Shown: piece by piece, positions 13,401 through 27,825 of the stretch
How positions within the stretch are numbered: position 1 is the stretch's first letter
How the letters are laid out: every line of letters starts with the position of its first letter
Assembly (NCBI RefSeq): GCF_001194135.2
Contig: NC_068995.1
Span: 2,868,477 to 2,932,476 of the forward strand
Direction: 5' to 3'
Length of the DNA stretch: 64,000 bases
DNA from: Octopus bimaculoides
Lineage: Eukaryota
Notes under the pieces: model-generated
What the model was told of the DNA's origin: nothing
What the model saw: the letters and a program-made list of their open reading frames with translations, nothing else
Databases searched by the model: none
Made by a program: the position numbers and the translations under genes

Positions 13401-16012
13401 GAAGCTATTCAAGTTAAACACCAATTCCATCAGTCTGACCAGCCGTTGAAGATCCGAGTTAGTCATCGGTAGACTTTGCTCATGATCTCAACAAAAAAAG
13501 GAAAAGAGGAGATGCTGTAATATATGAATGTCTACAACTACTTTGTCTTCCTTTTCACCAACCTTAGGCATTAATCGAATAAATAGAGAGGTTGAGAAAA
13601 GACGGTGGATAATAGAGTGCGGACAGCTAAATAGTGTACAAGTTATTTAGTAACAATCAGAGTTTAATTCCAACTGTCAACTTTGCTTTTTCACTAATTT
13701 GTTCGTCATTGATGAAACAAACTTACCAGTCGAATAATTGAGTTGGTATAAAATGTAGCTTTGAGTCTCGACAATTCCTAACATAGGCAAAGGGCCATTT
13801 ATTTTTGAGAAGTTAGTGAATAAATCGACTCCGGTAATTTGACTGTTATTTTATTTTATTGACACGGGAGTGGTAAAATGCAAAAATCAACCCCCAAAAG
13901 AATCGTAAACAGACCAAGGACTAAGTAACAACCACAAGCCCTCTGTGTTCAACAACATTGAACCAATCGACTGGTTTGATGCTCCACTGATTCTACAAAT
14001 CGACGACTCTGATAACAATAATTATTTTAACAAGGAAGTTATTCGTGTTCTATTTTTTTAGCGCTACTCAATTGGATAGTTTTTCTAAAGTAATGTTTCC
14101 CTCCACACAACTTCAACAAACAAAGCAACTTTGGTAAGTGTGAATGTTCACAGGATCCAGATATAGCTCTGTTTGTGCGCCAACACCAACATTGCAGTCA
14201 GGTGTCAACAGTCTGAATGTAGTAAGGTACCAATCATGGCTAGAGTGAAATAAAATACCAATAGTCGTAATGTAACTGCCAACACTTCTTAATGTAGTAA
14301 GGTGCTAATGTAGCTATATAGTGTAAATAAAATACCAGGAAAGGCATAGTGTAACGTAGTAAGGTACCAACACAAGTCAGTTTCAATGTTGTAAGGTACT
14401 AAACACAGGTATAATGTAATAAACAATCAACACAGGTATAATGTAATCAGGTGCCAATATATTTCTAATGTATTGAGATACTAACATAAGTGCAATAAAA
14501 ATATCAACGCAGTCTTCATGTAAAAAGGTACCAAGACAGTTTTAATATCAAAAGGTACTAACACAACTATGAAAGTAGGATCCGATGAAAGCTTTTCAAC
14601 GGACTGTAATGGCACATGTGAGTTCCCGCTGTATTTCTATTTAATATGTAAAACGTTTCTTTCGACCATATTACAATTATAATGTAGGTAGATGCCAACC
14701 AACAGCTTTAATATTATGATTGTAAGGTTAAGTAGTAGATTTAATCCGTCATCGGCTTTAAATGAACAACAGGGCCATTTGGGTATCTTTAGTATAATAT
14801 ATTTTATTAGAGGTAATCGTACCAGGTCTTCTGTTTGAGGATATCACGTTCCTTTCCTTCACTGAAAAGGACCGGGGTCGCGGCCCATGAGTAAATAAAA
14901 CAAAAGGTGAAAGTTAAACCAATATTGTTCTAATGTGTTACGAAGGTCGATGAGATTTAATGCGTTAAAAAGTCCAGCCGGGAGAGGTTAACGTAACAAA
15001 GGTCAATTGACAACGGATTGGAGGCTTCCGTGGACCTACCACGGATCATTTGGAATGAGGTTAAGATCCAGAGAGGAAGGAAAAAGACAAAATAGCTCGG
15101 TTACATAACGGATGTCGACAGGAAAAAAAAACCCAGTGTTGTTATTATAGTAGTAATAGCAGTAGCAGTGGTGGTAGCAGTCAGTGATTGTTGTTGTTTA
15201 GAGTAAACCTACGGTTAAAGGTATTCCAACCACGACTATCTCATCTTTTTTTAAAGTTATTTTGGACGTTTCTATTAATTAATGTGTCCTGTCGTTATAT
15301 AAGACGGGTCGGGTGAGATTTTAAAGTTTAACTGCTATTTCTAGTAGAACGGACGACTGCGCACCCTCACGAGATCGACAATGATGGTAGTAGTCACAGT
15401 AGTGATGGTGGTAGTGGTGGTTGTAGTCACAGTGGTAGTGATAGTTACAGTAGCAGCAGTGGAGTAACAGGAATAGTTATAGTGGATGTAGTAGTAGTAG
15501 TAACAAAATAGTAGTGGTAGGAGTAGTAACGTAATGCTGGAGCAAGCAGCAGCAGCAACAGCAGAGACGTGGTCGTGGTAGAAGTAGGTATAACTGACGT
15601 GGTAGCGGAAAATTCAGTATCCAGAAGCATACATTGTATAAAGGAGGAAGAGAGAGAAAGTAGAAGGGAAGGATAGAGCGGGAGTATGAGAGAACTCCCT
15701 GTCCCTCCTACCACTACACTACGCTAAACCACAAGGAAGCCTCTACATGGTCTATCAGCCTGCTAGAAATAACAGCCAATTTCCCCGCGATCATATCTTG
15801 ATGTTATAAAAAAAAACGAAAATATGCGATGGTCGTATTTGGAACATCTTTGATCATAGACTTACCAGGGGCTAAACAACACAAAGGATTTCGCCACAAT
15901 ATTTCACTACAACTACCAACAATATAATCCAAATATTACCTAGCACTTGCCAAGGACTAAATCTATTCACCTTATTTTGTTTGTTTCTCTTTTCTTTTAT
16001 TTAATGTTCCAG

Positions 16013-16291
16013 TTCAGTGTTTTGTGCGGATAATTCTGTAAAATCGATTTTGATTTCATTAAAATTGGATGTCCCACCGAACACTTTCCTCTCTTCGTTC
16101 ATTATACAACAACTGAGGGATTTCTGTAGGTTTTGACGAATCCACCAGAAAGCTGAGACATGTAACCGATCCGTATTTTTAGTGTGACTAACCCCACTCT
16201 CAAACTCCCTTTTATACCCTTTAAAATCGGTGTCACACGAGCACATGTATTTAACAGAATTTGCTTTATGTGAGGCCTAAAGGGACCACAG
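16013..16291 (+). other. Candidate non-coding internal exon
   Basis: Long polypyrimidine tract ending ttccAG| at 16012 and consensus donor CAG|GTAAGT after 16291; stops in all three frames. Confidence 0.45.
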
Positions 16292-17669
16292 GTAAGTCCT
16301 AAATTAACGACGGAATGACAATAAAAAAAAAAAAATTCCTAATGAACATTTTCTTTATACGCTTTGAAAATTGGGGTCACAAGAACCCCATGTAGTTGAT
16401 AGAACTGTTCTATGTAGCAACTTAAGTTCTAAATGAACGACGGGGTACCCCACAAAAAGGTGGGGGCATGAGACCAGTTAGCAAACTCGGCCTTCAATAG
16501 AAGGAACAGATTTTCAAACCTCTGCTGTGGTACCTTTATCTACATCGATTTGATTTTTTTTTTTTTGTTTTTAAATAGATTCTTCCGTGTGTTTTCTAAG
16601 GTATCATTTAAGAAGAGAGAGAGAGAGTATGTATGTGTCGGTGAACTGACTGGAAGGGGTGGCGACTGAGTTCCAATGAGCAAACAGATCTATAATCAAA
16701 CGTTTTCCTGCCCTGACCATCTCGCTGTGTTTGCAGGAATAGCGTATCTAGGACTACATTATTCAATGTCTTTACCTTTTTTTTATTATTATTATTGCAA
16801 AGATGTTTAGGTGTAAAATGAGATATTTAGCTCCTATTTCGGCCGAATGACTCCACAGAGAAGCAACCAAGTGAGATTGAAGTTTACTTCGATTATTGCT
16901 GACAGATGGGAAAATGGTTCAGAGGAAGAATAGGATTGTACGAGTAAACTTAAAGAAGCAAGTAGTTAGTCGGTAGTGATTTTTATCGTCGTTTAGTTTC
17001 AGGTTAGCCTTGCTCCAACAGACCCACAATCACAGACGTTCCAGATATGGCCATCACATCTTTTGGCATAATTATATCTTTTACTTGTTTCAGTCATTAG
17101 ACTGCGGCCATGCTGGGACACCACTTTGACATTGTTGAATGTATCTTTGCATTTTTAAGGCAGTCGTGTATGATTTGAGAGAAATTTGACTGCGATATCT
17201 AAGTAAGTCGAACAACTATGTTGAAGATCCCTCGTAATGGTAGATTGACAGCTTTTTCTGGGATATTACCCCGTTTGCGATAAAAACCGTTGTTAAGCTA
17301 ACCGTTTCCTCCTCTATTCTACTCCATCATATAACATTTTGCATATGGCTGTGTGGTTAAGAGGTTTGCTTCGTAACTATGTTAACTTCCGTGTTCTATC
17401 CCTTTGCACGGCACTTTGGGCAGGTGTTTTTTTAATTTTTATTATGGCCTTGAGTTGAACAATAAATACCTAGTGATTGAAATTTGCTAAATAAAATTGT
17501 AGAATCCTGCTCTGTGTATGTGTGTGTGTGTGTGTATATATATATATGCTTGCCTAACACAGGTGTTGTTTTTTATNNNNNNNNNNNNNNNNNNNNNNNN
17601 NNNNNNNNNNNNNNNNNNNNNNNNNNNNNNNNNNNNNNNNNNNNNNNNNNNNNNNNNNNTATGCTTAAA

Positions 17670-17771
17670 ATTATCACAAAAACTGCAGTTACTCAGAGTT
17701 TCACGTTTCCGCTCGTCGGACAGTTGCGTCGAACGGGAACGTGAAACTCTGAGTAACAGTTCTGTGATAAT
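17670..17771. repeat. Imperfect inverted repeat / hairpin (~40-nt arms)
   Basis: attatcacaaaaactgcagttactcagagtttcacgtttccg pairs with cgggaacgtgaaactctgagtaacagttctgtgataat. Confidence 0.85.
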
Positions 17772-17860
17772 TACGCAGTTTTTATAAAAGCATATTACTC
17801 TACCGTTGGTATTCGAGTACTATCTTTCCGCCCGTTTTTTTTCTCTGAAGTACTCACCTC

Positions 17861-17893
<33 letters not shown>

Positions 17894-19019
17894 GCTTGCC
17901 TAACACAGGTGTTGTTTTTTATGTTGCATATATACCCGCGAAACGTAGCAGCATGAATAGATAACAATAAAATAAATATTGAGGATATATGATCGACAAA
18001 CAGGTAGGTGATAGTGGTATGCCAGTATGGCGCCTTGTTGAAGTAACTTTAGGACGGCAATGCTTGGAAACTACTGCTTTTGATAATATTACCTGTGATT
18101 ATAATAAGCGGCTCCTACTGTGTGAGTACACACACACAAGCTCGATTTGCAACCAAGTGATTTGGAGTTTTCATTGCATGGCACCTTGGAAAGTGACATC
18201 TCCTCTGGCCCTGGGCCGACCAATGCCTTGTGAGGAAATATTTGGTTGACGGAAACTGTGTGGAAAGCCGTCGTGTGTGTGTGTCTGTGTCCCAACCCAT
18301 CGCTTGACAACCAGTGTTGGTTTGTTTACGTTCTCATGACATAGTGGCTTGGCAAGAGGGCGGAGCTAAAGAATACGTACACCACTCGTTTTCAGCGTAA
18401 CAAAAACCCTAAACACCGGGTGTGCTTATTTACTTTTGCCAACAAGAGACCCACAGAACAAGTACTTGTGGTCGATTTGTTCAACTAAACCCTTCAAGAT
18501 GGGTTCCAACATGGCCACAGTACAATGATTGAAACAAATTACACACAATCTCTAACTTTCTGCTTTAAACATCCTCACCAGCAGCAATATATCGATGCTA
18601 TTCTGTCCTATACTACGATATTAATATCTCCAGAATTCACATACCTGATCAATATCACCTCAACTGTCACCTGATTCGTTACTTAAAATGTCACAATCAA
18701 AATATAAGAATCCATTACTCACTTTTGGTGTCACTGGCTTCCAAGGACCCGACTGGGGGGCTTCCATCGCCTGAAATAGTTTTCAAATAATACTTTTGAA
18801 AAATTTTTTCAGAAATTTGAATAAATGTTTCGGAATAAAATATGTGAAATGAAGTTTATATTAATGAGAAGAATGCACCACACACACACACACATACACG
18901 TGTGTGTGCGTGCATGCATGCATATTTACATACATACATACACAATGGAATGCTTCTCATAAAGGTGACATTAACCAGGTGATGTATTATGAAAAGTGGT
19001 CCCAATAAGTGTGTGTCTG

Positions 19020-19084
<65 letters not shown>

Positions 19085-22064
19085 GTATGTATGTTTATAT
19101 TTATCTTTTACTTATTTTAGTTAGACTGAAGGGTTTAATCTGGTACTTATTCTTACAGTCTCTTACCAAACTGCTAAGCTATGGAAACGTAAACAAACCA
19201 GCACTGGTTGCCAAGCAATGGTTGTGGTGGTTGTGGCAAACACACAAATTATGCATATGTGACCGGCTTCTACATTTTCTGTCAACCAAATACATGTGCA
19301 AGGCGTTGTTTGACCTGGGGCTGTATTAGAAACCACTTGCAACAGTGCCACACAGTGGGAATGAACCTGAGGCTGCATGGTTGCAAGGCGAGCTTCTTAA
19401 CCACACAGCCATGCCTACACACATATATATATTGAGGTCTACTTTGTCTTTCATCTTTTTGGAGTCAATAAATTAAGTACCAGTTGCGTACTGGGGTCGA
19501 TCTAATCAAATGGCTGCCTCCCCCTAAAATTTCAAGCCTTGTGCCTAGAGTAGAAAAGAATATAGATGGTTTTGAAGTGAGTTCCACTGCACAGCACTTT
19601 GGACATGTCTTCTACTATAACCCTGGACCAACCAGAGCTTTGTGAACAGACTTCGTTGAAAGAAACTGACAGAAACCCATCATATATATATATATATATA
19701 TATATGTGGCTGTGTGTCTGTCTGTTTGTCTACACATCACAGAATAGTTGTCACCATCATACTACAAGTGGTGTCCTGCATTTCCGATCTGCTATGAATA
19801 TATAGGGAAATATGATTTGGGAAGAGGTGAGGGTTAGCAAACACGAAGAGCAGCATTTGGTCATTGGATATCTGTCTCAACAAATTCCATCTGGCCCATG
19901 AAAGCATGGAAAAGTGAACATTAAAATGATGAAGATTATATACGTTAGTAGTAAACAGAGATGGATCAAAAAGATAAATTCTGTCTGACCCATACAAGTA
20001 TGGAAAAGTTGATATTAAAAAAATGATGATGATGATATGCACACATATTCATAAATGATCTCACAAAGCTAAACCGAAAGAAATCGTGTTAAATTAACAC
20101 CCTAACATCTTAGATAATGAGGTATAAAAGATTGGATTTCAAAAGTCTAACACATTCTCTAAAAGAGCAGATGGTCCCAGTTGAAGCATCTATGATTTAT
20201 ATGGCTATTTGAAGAGGTTTAGCTTACACTAAACAAAAACAACATAAAAATATTTTTAAAAAAATACAAAAGGACCACTTGAACATGTACAGACACATCG
20301 ACAAATACATTAGTAGTCCTTCACTACAACGTTAATATAAAACACATAATCTGCCTCAATCTCTCTCTCTCTGTCTATATGTATATATATATATACATAT
20401 ACATACACACCACAGATATCTTGTAATTGTCACAGGTGTATTTAACCCCTTAAATTTAAACTGGCCATACCCAGCCCAAGTATTGTTTTATGTTTAAATC
20501 AGCTAAATCTGGCTTCTCACACCTACCCTACAATACTATTCTAAAACTATACACTCACATCATTGAAATCTCAAAGCTACAAGATAATGCATGATTATTT
20601 CAAAACAGTGTAAAGAAATAAGTATTACATTTACTCATAACAAAGTAATCTGAATGCTAAATGGTTAAACTGCACTGGGTAACCAACAACCTTACTTACA
20701 AAATGTCACAGACGAGATGTTGGCAGATTCAGTCCCAGGGAGTAATATGCTGGGCAAATTCTATCGTGAACCCAAACAAACCAAAGCCATGTGAATGGAT
20801 TCGGTAGAGTGAAAGCAGGCTATCATATGTGTTTGTATGTTCCTGTCTTTACACAGCATGCTAACTGTAAAGAAATGGCGTTGACTGTTTGGGATCACCA
20901 TCATCATCCTTTAACATCTATTTTCCATGTTGGCATGGGTTGGACAGTTTCACTAGAATTGGCAAGCATGAGAGCTGCACTGGGTTCTAGTCTGATTTAG
21001 TTTCTATGGCTAGATGTCCTCCCTAAAGTCCACCACTTTACAGAGGTGTACTGAGCGCTTTTAATGTGGCATGGAAACATGTCTGGCCATTGTGGCTGTT
21101 TGTATTCAAAGATTAGGAAGGGAACTATTTCCTTATTTGGAAACAGGTGAAAGTTGGTAACAAGAAAATCTTTGGGTCCTAGGAAAAGTCTGTGTTGATG
21201 AAATACAAAGAGTGATGCAAGGTAGAAGGAACTTCTTGTGGTGGCAGAAAATCTCTCTGATGAAAGTGGTATGATAAAATGCACCCAGCTGTAAATTGGT
21301 TGATAAGAAGATGGTGCCCAGCCATGAAAAACCTAATCATGGAATATGGCACACATAATAGCAAAGATTGATGGATTTCCTCTGTTGTTAAGTATGTGTT
21401 AATGAAGGACAGCAACATGTGGAGAGATGCTGTGTTAAAACTGACTCATCCGATCTATACAAACATGGAAAATGGATGTAAAACAATTATGATGATGTGT
21501 CCCAAAACCAGGATAATCAATAATACGATTTTCTGGAAGACCAAAAATATACACTGACCACATCTGCCATGTTGGCCGTGTCTTTTACTAATCAACATTA
21601 TTACATCACACTGCAAGTCCTCACCACCACATTACACAACCTGGCCTCACGACTAAATCTATCACTGCAGGTTTTTCACTATTACTCTACACACACACAC
21701 TTTTAATTTCCTAATATAGACCATGTCTTTCCTACCATCCAACACCACCCCACATGTACTCAATACTACATGTACAACACCACACCTGCTCTCACACCCA
21801 CACTACACCATCAGACATGTCCTTACTACCATATCACACCATGAAATGTATTCACCACCACAACGTCACATACTGTACACTTTTAGACCAAACTGAAACC
21901 CATCATATTCCATAACAGAAGTTATGGGTTTGTTCTAATTATTCAGTTAATCTTACAGCTGTTACTAATGAGCTGACAAAATTTTCATCAAATTCTATCA
22001 TATATTTCAGTGTAAACGAACAGTTATGAAATCTTAACATAAACAGTCCAGGCAGCAAAAGCTG

Positions 22065-22265
22065 GCAGAAGCATTAGAACACTGGGGAAAAAGCTTGGTT
22101 GCATTTTATCCATCTTTACATTCTGAGTTCAAATTCCACCAACATCAAACTTACCTTTTGTCCTTTTGGGGTTGATAACATCAGTACCAGTTGAGCACTG
22201 GGGTCAATGTAATCGACTTAGCCCCTCCTCTGAAATTATTGACCTTAGGCCAAAATTCGAGACCA
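22065..22265 (+). mobile_element. Octopus-type SINE (ctggcagaa...tctgagttcaaattcc...ggggtcgat family)
   Basis: Matches copies near 40690, 61079 (+) and 36410, 46180, 54970, 62070 (-). Confidence 0.7.
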
Positions 22266-25219
22266 ATATAAACAGCCTTGGCTGCCACTGTATAAAAGTT
22301 CTACTTGCAACATCTGTCAGACACCACTTAGCACCTTTGGCAAGAGCAAGTGTCTTTTGCAATAGCCAGAGCAGAACAGAGGGACCAAATGATTACTTCC
22401 TATTTCAGAAGAGAGCATGGAAGTGATTGGCTGGAGCTGATGCGATCTCAGGGTGGACCTTCAAGGCACAAGGCAGGCAGGAATGAGCAGGAGAGTAGGT
22501 GATGTCTGGCAGTTTTGAGGAGGGAGAACAGGTAACTTGATTCCATTGACATGAGTACATGTGCCCTTCCTCTTGTTTAACCCTGTTTCTAAGCAACATA
22601 GGCCTTCCCCATCACCAAACATGTTTTGCACAGAAGACCGGAAACAAGTATGACACCCGCTTACAACTTTCACACAATATCAAGAGAAGACAGTAACACA
22701 CACACATATCATCATCATCATTGAACTTATGTTTTCTATGCTGACAGGGTCTACACCAGATTCCATAGTTTGTTTTGGCTTGGTTTCCACAGCTGGATGC
22801 CCTTCCTAATGCCAACCATTTTGCAGAGTGTACTGGATGCTTTTTATGTGGCGCCATCACCACATATCTATACTTAATACATCAATAAGATGATCAACAG
22901 ACTGAATTGTATAGTTTTATTTTTGTTTAATGAGTCTATAAAAATATTTGAGGTTAACAAACTTCTAAAACTGCAAAAACTAGTAAAAGAAATTCTATTC
23001 ACATTTATTTATAAAATATTTTAGTAATTAAAATAAAATTATTTATTCACTTGATTTACTCATTACAGCAATATTTTAATTAGTTTAATCCTTCAGCATT
23101 CAAATTACATTGTCCAAAATAATGTTTATTTATTCACATCATTTTCACTTAATCCTGGATTATCTCACGGCTCTGAGATTTTGATGATGTGATTGTTTAG
23201 TTTTAGAATGACATTGTAGGGTAGCTGTGAGGGGTCAGATCTTGTCAGTTTAAATGCTAAAGGGGTTAATATTTATTTCTTACATCCAAAAGTACATTTA
23301 TTTGTTGAGTGAAAGGTCAGTCATTGAGGTCCCTTGCAAAAGGGGACTCTATTTCAATGACAGCTGCAATGATGAAAAGGAAAATGAAACCCTTCTGGGA
23401 TTTGAACTCAACATGCAGAAAAAGTAAACTAAATGTCTTATATTTTGGTGGTTTATTCTTTCAGTTTTCTTCTAATCATTTTTGGTTCCTTTGCATAATA
23501 AAGGGGTGGTATTGAGTGGTGGTGGTCATGTCTTACCAAAGGAATGGACTGGAGGTATGGAAGCAAAGTAAAATAACTACAAAAGAAAAAAAAGAGAAAA
23601 ACTCCATCATAGACTCAACCAAGAACTTAACCAAAATCTTCTTATATATAACAGTGAATGTGTGTATATATATATATATATATATAGATAGATAGATAGA
23701 TACAAACATACATACACATCAGTGCACACATATATGTATATAGATGGTTGATCTACATGCATAAGTACGTGTGTGTTTGTTCCAAGTTGTTGGCTACAGT
23801 TGTGCACCCAGCAAGTTAAAATTTTGCCTGTGGGACATATTTTCAAGAATGTTACGGGCTGAGTTCATTCTTTGCTGCTATTTTCTATAAAGCTCAGTAC
23901 CACTATTTCAATATAATAGACTAGGTACTGTTGTTAGTGCCAAATAATAAGCTGGGTACTACTGCAATTTGTAAAACAAGTTGGGTACCACAGCTAGTTT
24001 TCTTAAAGCTGGGTACTGTGACTAATTTGACATAAGCTGGGTACTGTTGTTAGTTCTAAAACCTAAACTGTGTATAACTGTTAGTTCTAAGCATTACCAG
24101 TTTATTTTTCATTAACTGCAAAACACCTGTAATCTAGCATAGAGTGACATCTTAAGTGTCCTCCATGGCTATTTAGTAACATAATTAATAGCTACAACTG
24201 CAGATTGAAACCATATTGCTTCAATTGACACACTGTAATTTTCTAAATGATATTACACATCCATAATTTAATCCTTTAATTCCTAAAAAATTGTTGGCTA
24301 ATCCTCTTATTATAATGGTGTATCTGATGGGTATGAAGATATTTAGGTACAGTGTGTTATGCGTTGCACTGAAATGTCTGTCGGCAACCACACACAATGT
24401 TTTTAATGTCTTTTGTGAAGAAGGAGGGAGAGAAATTTTAAAGCATTATATATTGATAGTTTTACATGTGAAAACCCTTCCCTTGGAGCTGCTAGTCACT
24501 GAACTGGGAATTAAGAGTGGGAAAAAGAAGAAAAAGTATTTGGTGTCAATTAAGCAGGTTGAAAACGGAAGGTTTATCTGACTATAATAAAGTCTGAATT
24601 CATAAACCCCATGATCAGTAATCCAGTATGTAACCAGACCAATAATTGTACCTTAATTGTCAGAATAAAAAAATGAGAGTTTTAATACTCTTGTAACCAT
24701 ATCTCTGTTGAAATATATTACATTTGTTTCAATTATTTTCAGAAATGATGAAGAGTCATTATTAAACTGAAAATTAACATGAAATTTTGATAAGTTTTAA
24801 TTTAACCCATTTTAAACCTTGTAGCATTTAATCTAGCCATATTCAGCCAAAATATTTCCACCGTTTTATGTTGAAACTGGTCAGGTCCTGCCTTTCACAC
24901 CAACCTTACAATGTCAGTGTAAAATAATCATTGTTGAAATCTCAAACCTATGAGAAAACAAATGATAATCATTTATCATTTTTTAGCTTTTGATGATGTT
25001 TTTGAATGTCATTGTTGGGCTGGTGTGAAAAGCTGGATCTGGCCATGTTGAACATAAAACAGGTAGAATATTTTGGCCGGATGCAGCCAATTTGATAGGA
25101 AACTGCCTGATATTGCACATGGTTGCATGATACCAATTTCCAGTTTGAAAGTGATTTAAATCAAAATCTTCCATTGAAATTTCATGTTAATTATGTTCTA
25201 AACACAATCCAATCTGGCA

Positions 25220-25575
25220 AAGTTTCTACAGCTGGATGTCCTTCCTAACACCAACCACTCCAAGAGTGTAGTGGGTGCTTTTAACGTGCCACCAGCACGG
25301 GAGCCAGTCAGATGGTCCTGGCATCTGCCACAACTACAATTTCCATTTTTGATTGAGATTCTGATTGTGATGGGCAACATGCCATGCTTGAGGAGTCGTA
25401 TTGAGTCAATCAAAATCAATAAACGGTTGGCGCTAGGAAGGGCATACAGCCACAAAAGTTATACCAAAGCAGGCAGTAGAGTATGGTGCAGTCATTCAAC
25501 ACGCCAGCTCCTGTCAAACCGTCCAACCCATGCCAGCGTGGAAAATGGACGTTAAATGATGATGATGATGATGTG
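25220..25575 (-). mobile_element. RTE-LINE-related 3' tail element ending in (GAT)n
   Basis: Reverse complement of catcatcatc.tttaacgtcc.ttttccatgctggcatgggttggacgg, also seen near 20890, 37710 and 46800. Confidence 0.7.
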
Positions 25576-26385
25576 TATGATTGTTTTCTTGTCTTGACAT
25601 CACACGAAAGTTGTAAATGAGCGTCACTCTCATACAAGCGGTGTTATTCGTTTCTAATATTCTGTGCGAGCATGTCTGACCATGGGCAAATATTACCTTG
25701 CTTGCAAACGAGGTATGGATTGATGACAGGAAGGGAATCTGACCAGGGGAATCTACGTCAATAAATGCTGTCCGACTAATGCAGGCATAGAAAAATGGGC
25801 GTCAAAACGAGGACGATATGAAACAACAGAACATATTTTAAATAATTGAATAGATAACGAAAGCGTTACATAAAATATTAAAATATGGTATTTCCACTTT
25901 TAGTTAAATTAGAACCCGGAAAAATTCTAAACACTGCAAGTTGACCATCTTTTGCAAACGAATACATTACACACACACACACACATTACCTCTGTATAAC
26001 GGGGTTTATTCCTGTCAAATTAGGGAATCTAGAAGCTAAAGATATTTATTTCAAATACGAAATATAAAAGCAACACAACAAAATCTTCCTGATCTATTTG
26101 TTAAAAAAAAACAACAAACAACAAAAATCTGCAGAAGTGTGTAAAGGGAGCTAAGTACGTTAAGCACAAAACTATAAATTATTCCTCATGTAGTATATTA
26201 TTATTATTATTATTATTATTATGTTTCCGGCAGGAATAACTAACATAGCATGTGTTTTAAATTAAATTTAGTATCATATAGATGGATAGTTTTGCCTCAC
26301 TGTATCGAAAAAGATTAATATATATTAATTTATTAGCCTTTACTCGGTTTTCTGCAGATGATGCGTGTGTGTTTACACATACATA

Positions 26386-26971
26386 TGAAGTCTGTTCAAA
26401 ATGCATCCGACTTTATTGTTTCCCGCTAAAACTAACGCCGCGTGGGCGAAATCCTGTAGGTAGGAGGTCACGCCACCCTTTGTGCGCAAGCATGAAAAAT
26501 TTTGCGCCGGAAGGCCGCGCCAGTACCCGGCTGTTACGCCTAGAGTACAGACGTGTATGTAGTGCGCGCTCGCAGGACTTTCGTTTTCACGCAAAAATAC
26601 CGAAAACAACGAGCAGAGATATTGCATCAAGTTTCTGGCAAAACTTGATGGTACTCAAGCTCAAACCATCCAAAAGATTAAGCAGGCCTTTGGCGATGAT
26701 GCTATGTGGAAAACTCTGATCAAAGAGTGGCACAACCGCTTCAAACATGGCCACACCTCAGTGAAGAGCGATGACATGCTCGGGCAGGCCGTCCACAAGC
26801 CGAAACGATGAACCGATTGAGAAAGTTCGGCGAATAGTCATGGAAGACTGTCGTGTAACACTCCAGGAAAATGCTCACAAAGTGGGAATAAGCACAGGAT
26901 CAGTGTATTCCAATTTAAGGAATGATTTGTGCAAGCGGAAAGTGTCGGCGAAATTCGCCCCCAAGATGCTG
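26386..26971 (+). mobile_element. Truncated mariner element: left TIR plus transposase HTH region (pseudogene)
   Basis: TA followed by TGAAGTCTGTTCAAAA TIR-like end; EQRYCIKF...AFGDDAM...EWHNRFK.G, then a frameshift to SGRPSTS...GISTGSV...RKVSAKFAPKML. Start codon appears mutated; no DD34D domain. Confidence 0.9.
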
Positions 26972-27825
26972 GTATATGCTATGCATTGAAGAAATTTGTC
27001 ATACTTCGCATTCAAAAATGACTGAACTAATTATCTGTAATAATTAAATCACTCGGCTTTTATCATATTCGTTATCCCACAATTTAGCTTTAATAATTTC
27101 ATTGTTACCGATCCTAATGTTTTGTCATATAAAATATGCATTCATACCACGAAAATATATATTTATATAATTATTCCCTAATGACAACCCCAACCAAAAA
27201 CCACCTTCTTTGACATTTCTCTTCCGAGTAACAAAATAAAGATCACACTTTTTTTTTTCCTGCGACTACTACATTGACTTTCATTTCGAGATTATATATA
27301 TATATGACAACTGTAAATAGCAACACACGATTCTTGTCTGCATTTATCTACTGCTAACCAAACATGTTCAGATATTTATAAAACCATAAATATAACTATT
27401 TTATTTTTCGCTTAAAGAAAAAAAAAAAAATCAAACTTAATTCTGTATTTTATCCTACATTTTTTTTTTTTCGGATAATACAGAATTTTTTTGTTTTTTT
27501 TGTTTTACAGGAAAAGAAAAAAAAATCCACAAATAATGATGTTAAAGAGAGAGAAAAAGCGGAGTAAATAATCTTCACTCAACTTTCATTACAGAAAGTG
27601 AATGGCTATTTCTACTACTGTAGTAATATTTTGCGTTATTGAATGTAAATTAATTTCATTATTTTGGTCAGATATTCTGCAACAGAAGAAGAAACCCAGT
27701 ATTTTTGCTCATTATTAACCAGTATAATTTTACAACTTTCCTTACATTCAATTTGCGATTATTAAGTAAGCCGGTAATTAGTTTTAAGAATTATTTTAAT
27801 TAATGACACTTAAAAAGACATGTTA

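Noticed and set aside
14200-14570. Degenerate spaced repeats (aatgtagtaaggtaccaacac), and aagctgggtact repeats near 23950
   Set aside because: Irregular eroded minisatellites, not CRISPR-like: no constant repeat with unique fixed-length spacers, and eukaryotic context.
17500-17925. Direct repeat of ~70 nt on both sides of the gap
   Set aside because: Near-identical gap-flanking duplication, most likely a scaffolding artefact.
26611-26971. Mariner HTH as a functional member of the phase-0 exon array (CTG|GTATAT at its end)
   Set aside because: Internal frameshift, apparently lost ATG and a weak donor.
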